Positions 1-6,982 of a stretch of 32,662 nucleotides of DNA are shown here, piece by piece (within the stretch, counting starts at the first letter, position 1; the number at the start of each line of letters is the position of its first letter). Origin of the DNA: Patescibacteria group bacterium. Lineage in GTDB: Bacteria; Patescibacteriota; WWE3; CG2-30-40-12. The stretch covers positions 1 to 32,662 of the forward strand of contig JAHIUT010000063.1 of the NCBI GenBank assembly GCA_018817085.1, given 5' to 3'. The notes under the pieces were generated by a model. The model did no database searches and had not been told where the DNA came from. It saw only the letters and a program-made list of their open reading frames with translations. The position numbers were made by a program, and so were the translations under genes.

Positions 1-200
1 ATTGGGCAAAGAAAATTTTGACCCGGCTGGATTTAAGGATACTCGCATTTATTTAAGCTTCTAATGATAACAATTTTAAAAAGCGTACTAATACGATTAC
101 TTGTACACTTGCTTTTGGACAGTGTCAAGGACTTTATCACGGAACTTTACATTTGTCAAATTCCAATTCCATTAGTGGAAATGTGTTAATCACTAATGAA

Positions 201-268
201 AAATAAAAATCCGAGGGAGACGAGCGGTTGAAAGCTGTAAAAGCCTTTCAACTCTCTATCCACCTCGG
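201..268 (-). terminator. Putative intrinsic terminator downstream of the small GC-rich membrane-protein gene
   Basis: Plus-strand ccgagg (211-216) pairs with cctcgg (263-268), enclosing gttgaaag (227-234) / ctttcaac (245-252). On the minus strand this structure is followed by a T-run (plus-strand aaataaaaat, 201-210). Confidence 0.45.
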
Positions 269-288
269 ACTCGGACCTTGCTACCTAC

Positions 289-561
289 CTACTCCTTCAC
301 CTCCCTTTTTTCTGCTCCGACGAACACCCAGCGCGCAAATCGCACGAGCGCGGGGAAGACATCATTCACACAAACGTTCCACACGAAAATCGGCAACCAG
401 AACGCCACCATGCCCACCCGGTCCCTAAACAGAAAACTCGAGCAGGTATAGTAGCGGGCCTTCGTGTAGTCGTAGCGCCGTCCCTCCGCCCTTTGGAGAA
501 AGACGCCGATGAAGATGTACACCACTACAGCCGCCACCACAACCCAAACTAAGATTTCCAT
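289..561 (-). CDS. Small hypothetical membrane protein (two hydrophobic segments), GC-rich
   Basis: Start moved to the internal ATG (MEILVWVVVAAVVVYIFIG...) because AAGGAGG lies 7 nt upstream. Two hydrophobic stretches are present. I recognise no family. Confidence 0.4.
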   Translation of the reverse strand: MEILVWVVVAAVVVYIFIGVFLQRAEGRRYDYTKARYYTCSSFLFRDRVGMVAFWLPIFVWNVCVNDVFPALVRFARWVFVGAEKREVKE

Positions 562-621
562 TTCGTTCCCTCCTTGGGAGAACAATTGTGAAAACCACAT
601 AGTCAACTGTGCTATGTGTAC

Positions 622-650
622 ATTATACTATAAGACTGTGGATTTGTCAA
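622..650 (-). promoter_or_regulatory. Consensus sigma70-type promoter reading into 289..561
   Basis: The reverse complement reads TTGACA (645-650), a 17-nt spacer, then TATAAT (622-627). Confidence 0.55.
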
Positions 651-683
651 GGCCATAATTTGAAAAAAATTTATCGGATGAGG

Positions 684-941
684 CTATTTATATATATCTT
701 TCCTATGCCCGATTTTCAAAACAACTATTTTATTCCCGCCCACATCAAAAATTACTCTGTGATTGCCAATCCACCACCGGTAACTTCCTATTATGGGATT
801 TATGAGCTTTTTAGCATTTTTGAGAGGGTTTTTTAAAAATAATTCCAGCTTTAACTTTAATTTTCTCTTCACCACCTTATCCATTCTTTCAATATCCTTA
901 ACAGCGGATTTTGTGTAAACAATCTCAAATTTTGAAATCAT
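684..941 (-). CDS. Type II toxin, RelE/ParE family
   Basis: The 85-aa product ends in ...GSYRWWIGNHRVIFDVGGNKIVVLKIGHRKDIYK, a typical RelE/ParE C-terminal pattern. A 4-bp ATGA overlap links it to the upstream antitoxin ORF. Confidence 0.8.
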   Translation of the reverse strand: MISKFEIVYTKSAVKDIERMDKVVKRKLKLKLELFLKNPLKNAKKLINPIIGSYRWWIGNHRVIFDVGGNKIVVLKIGHRKDIYK

Positions 942-1186
942 ATCTCCCCAAACACCTCAAGATGGCTTAATACATTGCCCTTTTTATATTCTTCTCTTGC
1001 TGTTTTTATGCTCTTAACATACGACTTATTAGATAAAGCCAAAAGATCTTCAAACAAGTCTATGTTTACCAAAGCAGATACTATTTTCCCTTTTTTGGCA
1101 ACAAGGAGATACTCTTTTTCTGTATTAACAGTGGCAAGAGCGGTTGAAAAATTGTTTCTTAAAACAGTGGCATTTATTACATCCAT
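938..1186 (-). CDS. Type II antitoxin, Phd/YefM-like
   Basis: Start set at MDVINATVLRNNFSTAL... (ATG at 1186-1184). It is small, sits upstream of the RelE-like toxin and is translationally coupled to it. The Phd/YefM-like N-terminus matches this role. Confidence 0.7.
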   Translation of the reverse strand: MDVINATVLRNNFSTALATVNTEKEYLLVAKKGKIVSALVNIDLFEDLLALSNKSYVKSIKTAREEYKKGNVLSHLEVFGEI

Positions 1187-1194
1187 ACTTTCAT

Positions 1195-1222
1195 ATTGTA
1201 CATAACAACCGTACATTGTCAA
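1195..1222 (-). promoter_or_regulatory. Promoter with operator-like palindrome for the Phd/RelE operon
   Basis: The reverse complement reads TTGACA (1217-1222), a 16-nt spacer, TACAAT (1195-1200), then 8 nt to the ATG. The near-palindrome cattgAcaatg overlaps the -35. Confidence 0.5.
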
Positions 1223-1270
1223 TGGTATAAATTACAGAGGAAAAAACAAAAGCCGAGTAAGTCTTTCCTT

Positions 1271-1319
1271 GCGGAAAAAACCCACCCGGCTCCCAAGTAC
1301 CACTTCGGAAGTGGTACTT
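1271..1319 (-). terminator. Hairpin plus T-run after the secreted-protein gene
   Basis: A 9-bp stem aagtaccac / gtggtactt (1295-1319) overlaps the stop codon. On the minus strand a T6 run follows (plus-strand aaaaaa, 1275-1280). Confidence 0.45.
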
Positions 1320-2601
1320 ACGGTGTCGGAGTTGTTGGCAAATCTTTTATCGGCCTAAGCGGTCGCTTGACCGTAGGCGTCGCCGTGGGTGTTGGGGTAG
1401 GCGTTGGGATTATTGGCACGATCCCAAAGTTGACAACCTCCCCACGCGGAACTTCAACCCCCACCCGCTCGGAAGTGGTGGTTTCAAACCCATCCGGCAG
1501 AGTCAGATCCAGCTCGTATTCCCCTTTCAGAACAGGTTCAAACTCATACCAGCCCGTATCGCAGACGGACTTTGTCCACAGCGCCACCTGTCCGGTAGAA
1601 TCTTTCAGCTGCACCTCAACTCCACTCGGGCCATCCTTCTCTTCCAAATCGCGGAACCCGTTGCGGTTCCGGTCAAAGAAGACCCACCCGTGTAGGAGAG
1701 GTGTGGGCGTCGGCGTAGGGGTTGGCGTGGATGTTGGGGCGGACAGGGTCATTGTAATTTGACGGAAGTCCCCGAAATGCCAAACCAATGGCATCGGGTC
1801 CGTCACAACAACCTCGTCATTATACCTCCATGTTACCGCCTCCCCTTCCTCCATACCCTGAAAATACCCCTGTTCTGTCCCATACACATTTGTGAAGGTA
1901 ACGGCACCCTCCTGCCACTGAACCTTCCCACACCCGACCAACTCCTCGCGCGGGCTGTACGCCCTCACTTCGGAACCGGTCGGAACGGGATGATCGTATG
2001 CTGTGAACATACCAAAGTATGTGGCTTTGTTCGCAAGCCCGATTCCTCTATCCTCCGGGCAAGTGCCCGGTGGTAGCACCGTCGGTGTGGGTGTTGCAGG
2101 TAAAGGCACCGAGGCAACCGTTACCGTAACGGGATTAGCAAATACAGGAGGAAAATTCTGCTCCTGCACAACAATTTCCCAAGTAAAAACCCCCTCCTGC
2201 AAGGTCTGCAACTTGAGAATAAACTGCTCCGGCTCCCCCGCCTCACCACAACCAGATTTCAAAGGAGTGTGGCAAATCAAAGTGCCTTGCCAAACGAAAT
2301 ACCCCCCTTGAAGATCCGCAGAAGAACCCGTAAAACCAGCGGTTTGAGAAACGCCCACAAACCGGAAAGGTCCGCCCGGCTGATACGGAATCTTGACAGT
2401 GACGGTAGTTGCGGCACCGTTGTATATCCCAATACCAACCGATATCTCGCCCCCAGTAACCGTAATGGAACTTGAGGACACAACACCCCCCGCCATAACA
2501 AAGGGTTCCAACCACAGCGCGGTCGTCTCCGCAAAAGACACACTCGCCAAAAAAACGGCGAGCGCTACCACCACCAACCCAACTAACAAACTTTTCTTCA
2601 T
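1318..2601 (-). CDS. Secreted protein with Pro/Thr linkers and an SdrD B-like (Cna-B-type) repeat domain, GC-rich
   Basis: N-terminal signal peptide MKKSLLVGLVVVALAVFLASVSFA. TPTPTPTP linkers are present. The segment GWVFFDRNRNGFRDLEEKDGPSGVEVQLKDSTGQV...GWYEFEPVLKGEYELDL matches the SdrD B-like pattern. AAGGAG lies upstream of the ATG. Confidence 0.75.
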   Translation of the reverse strand: MKKSLLVGLVVVALAVFLASVSFAETTALWLEPFVMAGGVVSSSSITVTGGEISVGIGIYNGAATTVTVKIPYQPGGPFRFVGVSQTAGFTGSSADLQGGYFVWQGTLICHTPLKSGCGEAGEPEQFILKLQTLQEGVFTWEIVVQEQNFPPVFANPVTVTVASVPLPATPTPTVLPPGTCPEDRGIGLANKATYFGMFTAYDHPVPTGSEVRAYSPREELVGCGKVQWQEGAVTFTNVYGTEQGYFQGMEEGEAVTWRYNDEVVVTDPMPLVWHFGDFRQITMTLSAPTSTPTPTPTPTPLLHGWVFFDRNRNGFRDLEEKDGPSGVEVQLKDSTGQVALWTKSVCDTGWYEFEPVLKGEYELDLTLPDGFETTTSERVGVEVPRGEVVNFGIVPIIPTPTPTPTATPTVKRPLRPIKDLPTTPTP

Positions 2602-2679
2602 GGGATCTTTTCTCCTTTTCTCCCACTAGACTTTAGCCCGCGCAGATGCGGGAGCTTCTTAAAACCGATACTAAAGGAT

Positions 2680-2708
2680 ATTTTACACCAAATTTCCCTA
2701 AAAGTCAA
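2680..2708 (-). promoter_or_regulatory. Promoter of the secreted Pro/Thr-rich protein gene
   Basis: The reverse complement reads TTGACT (2703-2708), a 17-nt spacer, then TAAAAT (2680-2685). The leader is about 70 nt and contains the hairpin cccgc/gcggg (about 2637-2652) and a Shine-Dalgarno sequence. Confidence 0.55.
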
Positions 2709-2719
2709 TACTAGGGGTC

Positions 2720-2731
2720 GGGGGGGGGGGG
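2720..2731. repeat. Homopolymeric G12 tract (preceded by GGGG-TC)
   Basis: Read directly: ctaggggtc + 12 G. It abuts the recombinase stop codon (2732) and lies 11 nt upstream of the -35 of the 2680-2708 promoter. Confidence 0.9.
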
Positions 2732-3610
2732 TTATAACTCCACAAGTTCCAGCTTTTCGCTGGTTTCCGCTCTTTGCTCCACAAATTCCAAATATTTTTC
2801 GGTGGTGGAAAGTCTTTTATGCCCCGCTATTTTTGAAAGGTGGGTTATGTTAACACCCATTCTTAAATGGTGTACCACAAAGGTATGTCTCAAGTCGTTA
2901 ACTTTTACTTGCTCAACCCCCGCCAATCTAAACAAACGGTCAATGGTTGCCCTTATATTTCTTATTAAAAGAGGGTTCCCCGTTTTTGTGATAAACAAAT
3001 AATCTTTTTTGGATTTAGGCCTTATTTCTAAATACTCTCTTATAGCCTTTTGAGAAACGGCATTTAAAGGAATGTTTCTTTCCTCCTTTGTTTCAACGCG
3101 AGGAACATGCATTTTACCCGCCTTGCCGTTCTCGCCAAACTCAATATCCGAAAGCCTTATATTGGCAAGCTCGCTTATTCTAACCCCTGTTTGCAATAAA
3201 ACCTCAACCATAGCCGCGGAACGAAAATCGGTTTTAGCGGCATCTCTTAACGCCCTATACTCTACTTTAGAAAGTATTCTAGGCTTTTTGGGGTCTAACT
3301 TCGGGTGGGTTATAAGCTGAGCGGGGTCTTTGGTAATAATTTTCTCCTCCGCAAGATATCTAAAAAATGTTCTGGTAGCGTTAATTTTTCTGGATACGGA
3401 TTTTGGAGTGTAATTTGTTTTTCTTAAAGTTTCCAAAAAATGCTCCAAATCTTCCTTTTTAATGTCGGAAATAACTCCTCTGCCAAGATTCTCAATATGG
3501 CTTAACAACTGGTCTATATCTTTTGAATAAGCAACCACAGTAGCAGTGGCTTTGCCCCGCTTTTTTAAATTGCTTATAAAGTTTGTATGAAAACCCTTGA
3601 ATTTATCCAT
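2732..3610 (-). CDS. Site-specific tyrosine recombinase, XerC/XerD family
   Basis: 292 aa with an N-terminal SAM-like domain. The C-terminal catalytic region reads ...NDLRHTFVVHHLRMGVNITHLSKIAGHKRLSTTEKYLEF, giving the R..H-x-x-R..H..Y pattern. Confidence 0.85.
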   Translation of the reverse strand: MDKFKGFHTNFISNLKKRGKATATVVAYSKDIDQLLSHIENLGRGVISDIKKEDLEHFLETLRKTNYTPKSVSRKINATRTFFRYLAEEKIITKDPAQLITHPKLDPKKPRILSKVEYRALRDAAKTDFRSAAMVEVLLQTGVRISELANIRLSDIEFGENGKAGKMHVPRVETKEERNIPLNAVSQKAIREYLEIRPKSKKDYLFITKTGNPLLIRNIRATIDRLFRLAGVEQVKVNDLRHTFVVHHLRMGVNITHLSKIAGHKRLSTTEKYLEFVEQRAETSEKLELVEL

Positions 3611-3620
3611 ATACTAGGGG

Positions 3621-3649
3621 ATTATAGTATATTTTTTATGCTCTGTCAA
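3621..3649 (-). promoter_or_regulatory. Consensus promoter of the recombinase gene
   Basis: The reverse complement reads TTGACA (3644-3649), a 17-nt spacer, TATAAT (3621-3626), then 10 nt to the ATG. Confidence 0.55.
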
Positions 3650-3662
3650 CTATAATAAAAAT

Positions 3663-4022
3663 ATGAACAAAAAAACCTTTATTATTTTTGCGATAATTTC
3701 CGTATTTTCTATGTACAGTCTATCCAAAACCATTGGGGACATATACCAAAAAAGCAAACGAATTAAAGATATTAAAAACGAAGTAGCCTCTCTTGAAAAA
3801 GAAAATGAGGGGTTATCCAAGGAACTTGCGTATAAAAGCTCCCGAGAGTTTGTGGAGAAAGAGGCGAGAGAAAAGCTTTTTATGGGGTTTCCCGGAGAAA
3901 AAATCCTAATTATCCCTCAAAATTTTTTTGCGAATTTAGAAAATAAAACCGTACCCAAAAGCGCGGAGGACGAAACTCCAAAACCTGTATGGAAACAGTG
4001 GGTAGATGTGTTTACCCAGTAA
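3663..4022 (+). CDS. Septum formation initiator family protein (FtsB/DivIC-like)
   Basis: N-terminal TM helix followed by a coiled coil (IKDIKNEVASLEKENEGLSKEL), then ...REFVEKEAREKLFMGFPGEKILIIP, which is typical of the DivIC/FtsB family. Confidence 0.6.
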   Translation: MNKKTFIIFAIISVFSMYSLSKTIGDIYQKSKRIKDIKNEVASLEKENEGLSKELAYKSSREFVEKEAREKLFMGFPGEKILIIPQNFFANLENKTVPKSAEDETPKPVWKQWVDVFTQ

Positions 4023-5010
4023 AGTTTATACCTATCGCTGTTTTAACTTTATCCATAACTTTTTGCGCCTCGCTTTGCGTTTTTTTAGTTCCCGCGAAAA
4101 GAATTTCTTTTACAAGATTAGGCCGACCTTCATAATATTTCCTTTTTTCCCTTATAGGCGCTAGAAAACTATCTAACGCTAAAAATAGTTTTTCTTTAAC
4201 TTCAACATCTCCCACTTTACCTTTTTTGTATCTTTCTTCCAGCTCTTTTACCTCCTCTTTGTTCGGATTAAATATATTATGGTATATAAAAACAGGGTTT
4301 CCCGCAACATTTCCAAGGTCAGTAGGATGAATTCTTTTTGGGTCGGTAAACATTTTTTTTACCTTTTCTTTTAACTCTTCTTTGGAGTCCGAGAGGTAAA
4401 TGCAATTTCCTAAACTTTTGCTCATTTTGGCGTTTCCATCGGTGCCGATAAGGCGGGGATATTCCCCCACCAAAGCTTCGGGGATATTAAAAATTTTGCC
4501 GTAAATATTGTTAAAACTACGAGCGATTTCTCTTGTTTGCTCTATATGAGGAAGCTGGTCGGCGCCGACCGGCACAAGGTCAGCATTCAAAAACAGGATA
4601 TCGGCAGCTTGGGAGACAGGGTACATAAAAAATCCGAGAGGAAGGGAATCCTCAAAACCTTTTTCTTTAATTTCAGATTTAACAGTAGGGTTTCGGGATA
4701 AGCGGGACATAGTTACTAAATTAGCAAAAAGAATGGTAAGTTCGGCAATTTGCGAAATTTGGGACTGGATAAAAAATGTGGTTTTGTTAGGGTCTAATCC
4801 AACCGCTAGGTTATCCATAGCAACCTCATAAACATTTTTAGACACCTTTTCTGGGGTTTTAAAATTATCGGTTAAGGCTTGGATATCTGCTATAATAATA
4901 AATTGTTCGTACTTTTCCTGTAATTTCACACGGTTTTTTAGAGACCCCACGAAATGGCCTAGATGCAGTTTTCCGGTAGGTCTATCCCCCGTTAAAATTC
5001 GCTTTTTCAT
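4012..5010 (-). CDS. trpS: Tryptophan--tRNA ligase
   Basis: 332 aa. Class I HIGH-type motif TGKLHLGH, KMSKS motif present, and overall TrpRS-like sequence and length. Confidence 0.92.
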   Translation of the reverse strand: MKKRILTGDRPTGKLHLGHFVGSLKNRVKLQEKYEQFIIIADIQALTDNFKTPEKVSKNVYEVAMDNLAVGLDPNKTTFFIQSQISQIAELTILFANLVTMSRLSRNPTVKSEIKEKGFEDSLPLGFFMYPVSQAADILFLNADLVPVGADQLPHIEQTREIARSFNNIYGKIFNIPEALVGEYPRLIGTDGNAKMSKSLGNCIYLSDSKEELKEKVKKMFTDPKRIHPTDLGNVAGNPVFIYHNIFNPNKEEVKELEERYKKGKVGDVEVKEKLFLALDSFLAPIREKRKYYEGRPNLVKEILFAGTKKTQSEAQKVMDKVKTAIGINFTG

Positions 5011-5030
5011 AAAATTATTATACCACCTTT
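4984..5030. repeat. Left copy of a 47-bp direct repeat (trpS promoter, ATG and first 8 codons)
   Basis: atcccccgttaaaattcGctttttcataaaattattataccaccttt is identical to 6541-6587 except one base, and that change is synonymous (CGA/AGA, Arg). Confidence 0.9.
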
Positions 5031-5702
5031 TTATTGGATAAATTTGAAGGTCGAGAGGATTTGCTTTGCACTAGACGCCGACATGTTATTTGTGCCATAT
5101 TCACTTACAGGCAACTCATCAGAGTTATGAATCCGCACCAAAATTACGACTCTAGATTTGTTAGTCCCTTTTCTGGGAAACGCAACTTGATAGTATCCCC
5201 ACGGCGGATCTCCCCAAAAATTACCCCTCAACTCACCACCCCATCTTTTGGATAATTCATCGTAACCTACCTTATTTAAAATTGCAGGAATACTGGGGTC
5301 GTCGTTTCCCTGAAAATTACCATCGTCAGACGACAATATTCCAACGGTCAAAGCGAATTCGTTTTCTCTAAAGCTGGGGGTGTCACTTATTTCCACATAG
5401 GTGGCATCTAAAACATTTTTAACATTTATAAAATAGGTCTCTGGGTATTTTATTTGGTAACCGGAAGGGTCTTCGTATGTTTTCCAATTAGCTGTTGGGT
5501 CGGGAGAAGTTGTTGGTGTTTTTACAGGAGTAGAGACAGCTGGGACATTTGCTGTAGTTGTCCGTTCTACCGTCTTTGGAGATATGGCCGTTTGGTATTT
5601 CATCCCCAGATAAAATCCAACAAAGGGAAGAAGAACGAACAAAATACCCGCGAGAATTTTTGATAAGGTCGTTACTGTTGTTAACCCTTTTGGAAGTCCC
5701 AT
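5031..5702 (-). CDS. Membrane-anchored extracytoplasmic hypothetical protein
   Basis: N-terminal TM anchor (ILAGILFVLLPFVGFYLG), a Thr/Pro-rich linker, then a globular domain beginning ANWKTYEDPSGYQIKYP. I recognise no named family. Confidence 0.55.
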   Translation of the reverse strand: MGLPKGLTTVTTLSKILAGILFVLLPFVGFYLGMKYQTAISPKTVERTTTANVPAVSTPVKTPTTSPDPTANWKTYEDPSGYQIKYPETYFINVKNVLDATYVEISDTPSFRENEFALTVGILSSDDGNFQGNDDPSIPAILNKVGYDELSKRWGGELRGNFWGDPPWGYYQVAFPRKGTNKSRVVILVRIHNSDELPVSEYGTNNMSASSAKQILSTFKFIQ

Positions 5703-5891
5703 TACTTACATATTAAATTTAAAATCCGCCATTGTACATACCTTTCATGGTTTATTAAAGTGTACGGTATCTATCGCGTCCTAGACACCATTTCCTCATC
5801 AATTACCAAACTATTTTCGTGGTTGTATTTTTGACTAATTGTGATATTATAATAATGTATTTCCGAAAGGGGATATTTTAACTTGCTAACT

Positions 5892-5922
5892 CCCCCCGGC
5901 TCAACTCGACCCGGGGGTTTTT
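5892..5922 (+). terminator. Intrinsic terminator-like hairpin with T-run, no upstream plus-strand CDS
   Basis: cccccgg (5893-5899) pairs with ccggggg (5911-5917), followed by ttttt (5918-5922). Confidence 0.5.
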
Positions 5923-5958
5923 ATTGCTTAAAATTTTCAAATTGCATAAGATGGAAAG

Positions 5959-6504
5959 GTGAGAAGAAAAAATTTAGTTCAATTTGACGGTAGCAATTTC
6001 TATAATAAAGTCAAAAAGATTTTACCTCAAACTCATTTAACGAATTTTGACTATGCCAAGTTGGCTCAAATTTTAGCTAAAGATAAAGCAGTAGAGACTG
6101 TTTATTATGTGGGTGAGATTAGAAAATATCCGGGGAATAAAAAATCTCAAACGCTTTATGCTAACCAGCAAAAACTGTTTACCGCTTTAAGAAATCAAAA
6201 TATTAAAATAAAGCTTGGTTACCTTCTATTCTCTGACGGCAAGTTCCACGAAAAAGGTGTAGATGTTCAAATTGCGGTTGATATTGTCCGAGGAGCAATA
6301 AAAAACGAGTACGACAACCTTTACCTTATCTCTTCTGATACAGATTTACTCCCAGCTATAAAAACTGCTAAAGAGGAAGGTAAGAAAATAATTTATGTTG
6401 GTTTTGAAAAATCTATTAGTAGAGCTCTTCAGAAAAATTGTTCTTCTCACTTGGTTTTAAAGAAAAGTCAAATCGTACGGTTCGCAGAAAGTAAAAGAAG
6501 TTAG
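5959..6504 (+). CDS. NYN-domain (LabA-like) protein, predicted RNase fold
   Basis: GTG start. FDGSNFY near the N-terminus, GVDVQIAVDIV and ISSDTDLLPAI match conserved acidic NYN motifs. Confidence 0.7.
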   Translation: MRRKNLVQFDGSNFYNKVKKILPQTHLTNFDYAKLAQILAKDKAVETVYYVGEIRKYPGNKKSQTLYANQQKLFTALRNQNIKIKLGYLLFSDGKFHEKGVDVQIAVDIVRGAIKNEYDNLYLISSDTDLLPAIKTAKEEGKKIIYVGFEKSISRALQKNCSSHLVLKKSQIVRFAESKRS

Positions 6505-6540
6505 GGTACATTTGAAAAGATACTTGTTATCTTAACCACA

Positions 6541-6587
6541 ATCCCCCGTTAAAATTCTCTTTTTCATAAAATTATTATACCACCTTT
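6541..6587. repeat. Right copy of the 47-bp direct repeat (relic trpS 5' end)
   Basis: 46/47 identity to 4984-5030. It retains TGgTATAAT, the ATG and MKKRILTGD, then runs into a stop after 2 more codons. Confidence 0.9.
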
Positions 6588-6596
6588 CTTTCAATT

Positions 6597-6625
6597 AGGG
6601 ATAGACCCAAATTGGGTCTATCCCT
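6597..6625. repeat. Palindromic element copy 1 (agggatagaccca-aat-tgggtctatccct)
   Basis: 13-bp perfect stem with a 3-nt loop. A second copy lies at 23806-23834 with the same upstream tcaatt. It is followed by a tandem tccctatttt repeat. Confidence 0.85.
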
Positions 6626-6664
6626 ATTTTAAATCCCTATTTTGATTTTAATTTTATAATTTGG

Positions 6665-6693
6665 TTGAATAACAGGCTTATGTTTGCTATAGT
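6665..6693 (+). promoter_or_regulatory. Promoter of the tRNA(CAU) pair
   Basis: TTGAAT (6665-6670), a 17-nt spacer, then TATAGT (6688-6693). The predicted transcription start lies within a few nt of the tRNA 5' end. Confidence 0.55.
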
Positions 6694-6701
6694 AAGGACA
6701 C

Positions 6702-6773
6702 TGCGGTTGGGGGGTTGGTATCCCGAAGGGCTCATAACCCTTCTTAAGTTCGGTTCGATTCCAACAGCCGCAA
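6702..6773 (+). tRNA. tRNA with CAU anticodon, initiator-like anticodon stem, atypical T-stem
   Basis: Manual fold. Acceptor tgcggtt/agccgca (one G-U pair). D stem gggg/tccc. Anticodon stem aaggg/ccctt with three G:C pairs next to the loop ctCATaa. T-loop ttcgatt. The T stem gtt(c)gg/ccaac needs one bulged C. Confidence 0.6.
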
Positions 6774-6982
6774 CAAAATCTTAGCGAGCGAAGCGAGCTT
6801 GGAGTTTGTTAGCGTCCCGAAAAACTTTGTTTTGCAAAGTTTTGAGGCGGCGCAACTGCAATTATTTCTTAATGAGCAAAGCGAGTTTAGAAATAATTAG
6901 CATCCCGATGCAAATCGGGATCTATCTTGGCGAACTTAATTTTTAGGGGTCGGACCCCTTCGGGGGTCAGACCCCAATTAAC

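Noticed and set aside
1196-2629. Multiple long ORFs on both strands (1196..1762, 1759..2076, 2003..2311, 2243..2626, 2277..2543, 2393..2629) overlapping the 1318..2601 gene
   Set aside because: They are typical stop-codon-poor antisense or off-frame ORFs of a GC-rich segment. Their translations are low-complexity (GVGVGV, Arg/Pro-rich). Only the 1318..2601 frame has a signal peptide, domain-like sequence and a Shine-Dalgarno sequence.
2714-2731. Chimeric contig join at the poly-G tract
   Set aside because: Not fully excluded. It is disfavoured because there are several composition switches, each at a gene boundary. A backbone-style consensus promoter (2680-2708) also drives the GC-rich gene immediately next to the tract. 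Read mapping is needed.
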